The notes under the pieces were generated by a model. That model made no database searches, was not told where the DNA came from, and saw nothing but the letters and a program-made list of their open reading frames with translations. This document shows positions 55,101-61,100 of a stretch of 64,000 bases of DNA, in pieces; within the stretch, counting starts at the first letter, position 1; each line of letters begins with the position of its first letter. Made by a program: the position numbers and the translations under genes. Origin of the DNA: an uncultured Planctomycetia bacterium (lineage in GTDB: Bacteria; Omnitrophota; Gorgyraeia; Tantalellales; Tantalellaceae); assembly GCA_964409365.1 (NCBI GenBank), contig CAYPCX010000002.1, positions 32,984 through 96,983 of the forward strand. The letters run 5' to 3'.

Positions 55101-58100
55101 GTCTGAATATGTCTCGACGCCTGTTAACATCGACCAGGACACCGGGTCTTCGGGGGCCACCTTTGAAGCATGGGTATATCCGAAGAGCGCGGTGAGCGGC
55201 GCTCATTACGTGATGAGCACCGAAAACGGCGGATACGACTGGTCCCTGTTGAGCATTAGCGGGAACTGGTATGTGTTAACCGGCACCGTCATGCAGAGTA
55301 CAGGTGTCTCTGTTGATGTCGGCCAATGGCAGCATATAGCGGCAGTGTTCGACCCCGTCGGCGGAAAGGTCCATTTCTACAAGAACGGCGTGGAGGCCGC
55401 TAATTCCTGGGCCATAGGTTATGATTCAAGTGCCACATCTGTGACCATAGGCGGCCAGAAAACTGTTGCCAACTTCTTTGACGGCCGTATCGCTGAAGCG
55501 GCCATCTTCGATAGACCTTTGACGGAGGAAGAGATCCAGGCGCGCCTGGACGCGAATTCCAAGCTTACCGGTACGGAAGAGGGTCTTTTGGCCTACTATT
55601 CGTTCGACGACGGGACCGCGCTGGACTCTTCCGGCAGCGGCAACGACGGGACGATAAAAGGTGCCACGCCCATGGAAGCAACAGACCTTTATTTCCTGAA
55701 TCCCGACAGGGAATATGTCGCCGTGCCTTACGGGACCATAGACGGTCTTTCCGATTTCGCGCTGAACTTCCGCGTTAAAGCCGAGGAACTGGAGAACGAT
55801 ATTTATCTCATCGACAGCGACGGGACGGACCCGCTTGCCGTCTATTACGATGTCTCGGAAGACGAATGGTGCACGGAGATCGGCGGCAATCTCTACCAGG
55901 CGCAGGACGATTCCATCAGGGATATGGATTGGCACATGGTGACGGTCACCCGGTCCGGGGACGAGCTTTCGGTATATATAGACGGGGCAGGTATCTACAC
56001 GACCACCGCCGTTACGACTACGGTAGACGTTGACACGACAGACCCGTCTATCGGCCTTGGCCTGGAAGGGCTTTTGCGCGACATATCCGTCTGGGAGAGG
56101 GCCCTCACGGAAGTGGAGGTCGGCGCGATGTACACGACAACGCCCGTATCCGGAATAACGGGCTATGGCGGTAACTGCCGTGCATGGTGGGGGATCGACG
56201 AAGGTACGGGGACAGCGGTACTGGATAAGACCACGAACGCGAATGACGGCGCGATACACGGAGCCGGGTGGGTGGAGACGTCCGATATCTACTTTAACGG
56301 CGAAGAGGTTGCGTACGACGATCTTTACGACAACCTGGCGCAGCTTCTGGGTTCCTCCGATGAAGGCCTGCAGGTAGGATCCGGGGATATAACCGGCGGC
56401 GGGATCGTAGAAGGCGCTGTCCGGTTTTATTCCGCTCCGCTGCTCTCGCCATCCGCGCCGGATATCTCCGGCACACTTACCGGCGTGGATACTACCGGCG
56501 GCATTTTGACCATCGGCTCTTACACGGTATACGCGCCGGGGGAAATACGGCTTGACGGTCAGGAAATAAGCCTTGCCGACCTTGAAAATGTGCTTCAGGA
56601 CCCGGATCATGCGAGCAAATTCGATATACGCACGCTTGCCACGCTGGAAGGGGAATACACCGATACCGGTATATTGTTCGCCGGGGATTTGGTGGAGCTC
56701 CGCACCGTCAAGTTCGGGGATAACGATACGTTCGCTTTCTACGTGGATGATGCCCTGATAGACGAGATATACGGCGAGGTCGACTGGACGGACGTCACAC
56801 ACGCGCTGCCGGCCGGGACCTACACGTTGAGGTGGGAATACAGTAAGGACGTCCTGTGGTCGGAAGGCGATGACGCGGCCTGGATAGACGGCCTTGACTT
56901 CAAGTCATCCGAAAGAATAATCGATGATTTCGAGGCCGGTTCCGAGGGGTGGTTCAATGAGCAGCAGGGTACGGTCCCGGCCACTACCGAGTGCAACTTT
57001 ACGACCATCCTGGGCGGGGTCGGCGTACTTGACTACAATGACACTGTTAGCAAGACCTTCACGGGTATCCCGCAGGGCGAAGTTATCATAAGCTTTGATT
57101 ATTATTTCTTCGAAAGATGGATAAATGACGCGAGCCGGTTCAGCAGCGCGTACCTGAAGGTGGACGGCGAGACGGTATGGGCACAGGAACACGATTATCA
57201 CAGTGATGAAGAAGGGCAGCTGGAAGAACTGTTCGCAAGTCCTTACTATGGTGCCCTCAGCTATAACGACTGGGTAGGGCATTTCGAAGTCGTTTATGAC
57301 AATTCCGCGGGGAGCGACGCGCTTACACTCGAGTTCGGTGTGATACCGTTCATGAACGAGGAGGACTGGGGTATCGATAATGTGTGTATAGAGGCAGTGT
57401 ATTCGACCGGTGACCTGGCCGAACCCCGGGAATATATCCCGGTCATGCTGGACGGCGCGTATACTTCACCGGCCGCTCTTGAAGGGTCGAATTGCGTGCT
57501 TGAAGAGGAAGTGGCGGTCAGCCTGATGCCTGATGCCTGGCAGGTAGAAGATGAGATGATCTCCTTCAATACGCTGCGTGGCGGAGCGATCGATTCCATT
57601 TATACCACCTTGAGCTCTACAAGCGTGGCTTTCGGCGCGGAAGAAATAACTGTTCTTGATCCGCTGGTACCTGGGGGATCCGAGGGATTCCAGGTAAGCG
57701 GCGATGCCGCTTTTCTAATGCAGTCGGACGAGGCCTGCGTGGGGGATCATGCCGCTAAGACGGGAGCTATCTCGCACGGTGAGGCGAGCATACTGGAGAC
57801 AACAGTTAATACGGGCAAATACACCGGCACGGCGGGTTTCTGGTGGAAGGTCTCTTCCGAGGCGAACGACAAGTTCAAGTTCTATATAGACGACGAGTTG
57901 CAGGGCGAGATCTCCGGTGAGATAGACTGGAAATACACGACAGCGACGCTTTCCCCGGGCGAGCATACGCTTAAGTGGGAATATTCAAAGGACGGGAGCA
58001 CCTCCGCCGGCGATGACACGGCCTGGCTGGATGAGGTGACCGTTACTAAGGATATAATAGAGTTCGATGATTTCCAGACCGGCGCCTATACGAATAACTG

Positions 58101-61100
58101 GGATATCGGTATCATGTATGGAGGCGTGACCGCGCCATACACAACGGACGTTGTCGGAGAGACCATCCTGGGCGGGTATAACAAGTTTGGAAAGGACGCA
58201 ACCGCCGTCAGGACGATAACGAATGCGCCGAAAGAAGCGATCACCATAAGTTTTGATTATTATTTTATCGATAATTGGTACACCGATGAAGCCATATTGG
58301 AGATAAACGGTGAAGTGGTATGGAGTCTATCGCATACCTATAACAGCAGCGATGGCGGTGACTACGAGGAAGACGGCCTACTTCAGGAGATCGGAGTTAA
58401 TGGTGACTCTGTCGGCTATTCCGGGACCAGTTATAGAGACTGGGTAGGGCATTTTGAGATCGTTTATGACAATACCGGCGGAGCGGATATGTTGGAGCTT
58501 GAATTCCGCTCTACGTTGGATGATAGCGGGATAAACTACAGCGAGTCATGGGGTGTAGACAACGTGCGGATGGAGATATTGGATCATCTCCTGATGCATG
58601 ATGATTTCACGCCGGAAAATCAGGTAACTATCTATTTTGACGATGAAGAAATAACGTATGATGAACTCGCCGGTAAATTGGCGCAGCTCCAGGCCGCGGG
58701 AATGGATTTTGAGGTGCATTCCGGGGACATTGCGGACGATGAACATGAGGATGGCATCATATGGTTCCGGACCGTGGACCCGTCGGTGACGGAAATAGAT
58801 GTTTCGGGCGCGCTCGAGAGCGTCAATTTCGGCGGAGGAGAGCTCGTCATAGGTGTTTACACGGTAACGGCGCCTGCGATCATTCGCCTGGACGGCCAGG
58901 AGGTGACCCTTGTGGCGCTTGAAGACGCATTCCAGCTCGGCGAGGTAACGGGTATATTCGAGATACGGACGCTCGCGACCTGTGGCGGAGAAGAAACAGG
59001 CGGCCAGATCACGTTCGCGGACAATATGGTTGAGCTTTACCGTGTCTATGACAAGGCGCACCGCCAGCTGACAGGCGGCGTGGAGGCCCTTAATGCGGCT
59101 ACAGGCACCATAACTATTGATGGAATGGAAATAGAACTGCCTGAGGTTCTTACCTTTAATGGAAAGACGATGAATGCCGGAGAGTTCATAGCGGCGTGCG
59201 AAGAGGTCCTGACCGGTCTGGCGTTCGAGGCCGTGCAGGCCCGCGGCATAACCGAGGACTTTGAAGACGGAACGCTTGATAGTTGGAGTATACGCGGCAC
59301 GAATTCGGAATGGGAAGTAGCAAACGGTACCCTGGTCCAGACATACCTCACCGATACGAGTGGCCAAGAGGATATCTATGAAAAGAGGGCTATTTTCACG
59401 GACAGTGCCATTCCGGAAAGAGAGGACGCGGTGTCCTCGATAAGCGCGCGAGTCAATCCTTACAGATGGCATGTTTATAACGATGACAACGGCACTGCCC
59501 AGGCGGATATCTACGCTTGCTACCAGGATGAGGATAATTACTACCGGATGAGGTTCGGTGAAGATGATATGGTCTATGTGCAGCAAATGAGCGACGGCGA
59601 ACTCATGACGCTTGCGTCCTGTGATGTAAATGCCGGTTTCGGGATCGATATCCAAAGAGATTCCTGGCGCGAATACTCTTTCAGCGTGTTCGGGGACACG
59701 GTCAAAGCGTATATAGACGGAGAACTGGTGCTTGAATACAGCGGGGCCGAAGTCGACAACACGCCGCATGTACTGGCTGATGCCCTTGTAGGCGTCGGGT
59801 GTCCCGGAAATAACCAGGTCTGGTTCGATGATATCAGTATAAGTGAGACGGTGGGTATGGAGGTAAAGCCGCTCTACGCTTATGACGCGATAAAAACCGC
59901 CGAAGGATGGGAACTGGAGCAGGGTTCGTTCGGGGTGTACACCGTCCTGGAACAGAATTATGTGACGGGTCTGGTCCAGGGTGTTGACGCTTCCGCCCGG
60001 AAGTTCACGATAGCCGGCGAGACTTGTGAGCTTACGGATATGTCTTTTGCGACGCTCGAACTTTCGGATTATACCACCGGCGGTGACTCGGCGTTCTTTG
60101 TCGACGGAAATCTCTCAGAGGGCTTCAGCCTGCGTTCGGGCGATATTGCCGATGGGGAAAGCTCATTTGTGCAGACGACCGTCACCCTGGACGAGGCGAA
60201 GGAACTCACGTTCGACTGGCTTGTGGATTCCGAGGCGGGGGATCTGATGAATTTCTACCTGGACAATATGGTCACGCCGGCGGCCACGACTTCGGGGCTG
60301 AACTATTACGAGGCCGAAAGCAATTTTGAGGCCGGCGCTGAGGGATGGGATATCACCTTCTCCGGCACCGAACCGGACGATACGTCATTCTGTAACGGGA
60401 CGTATATCCTGGGCGGGGACGAGAACTTCAACTACGGTGAAAAGGCCAGCAAGACGTTTACGGGCCTCCCGCAATCCATGGTCACCATCAGTTTTGATTT
60501 TTATTTCATCGATAACTGGGACGGGGGAACGCCGACAAGTGGCGACACGGCGTACCTGAAGGTAAATGAAGAAGTAGAGTGGTCGCAGCCGCATAAGTAC
60601 GACGCCAGCGCCCCTGGCGAAAGCGACCTGCTGGAAAGCGGTTCACTGCGAGAAATTTCCAATATCTTGACGCTTGGCGCGACTTACAGGGATTGGGTAG
60701 GGCACTTTGAGATCGTCTATGACAATACCGGAGGGTCCGATACGCTGGAGCTTGAGTTCTATACAGGCACGAACCTTAATAGCGAGCGCTGGGGCGTGGA
60801 TAACGTGAGAATAAGTTCCGCCTGGACGACCGAGACTTATCATCTCTCGGCCGGGGAACATACCTTGAGGTGGGAATATACCAAAGACGGGGCCGGTTCC
60901 GACGGCCTGGACGCGGCATGGGTAGATAAAATAGCGGTATCCGACATTCAGGTGGATCTCGACGGGACGAACGATCATGTGGATATCCCGGACCTGGGCC
61001 TTTCGGACGGCTTCACGATCGGTATATCGGCGAAGACGGGCTTTACCGACCCGTCCGCCGGAGACAGAACGATCCTCCATGCCAGCGAGGTTTCAGGCCA

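Noticed and set aside
38308-60820. Diversity-generating retroelement TR/VR explanation for the variable paralogous lectin copies
   Set aside because: Differences are not adenine-specific and include indels, all copies are coding, and no reverse transcriptase is present in the window.
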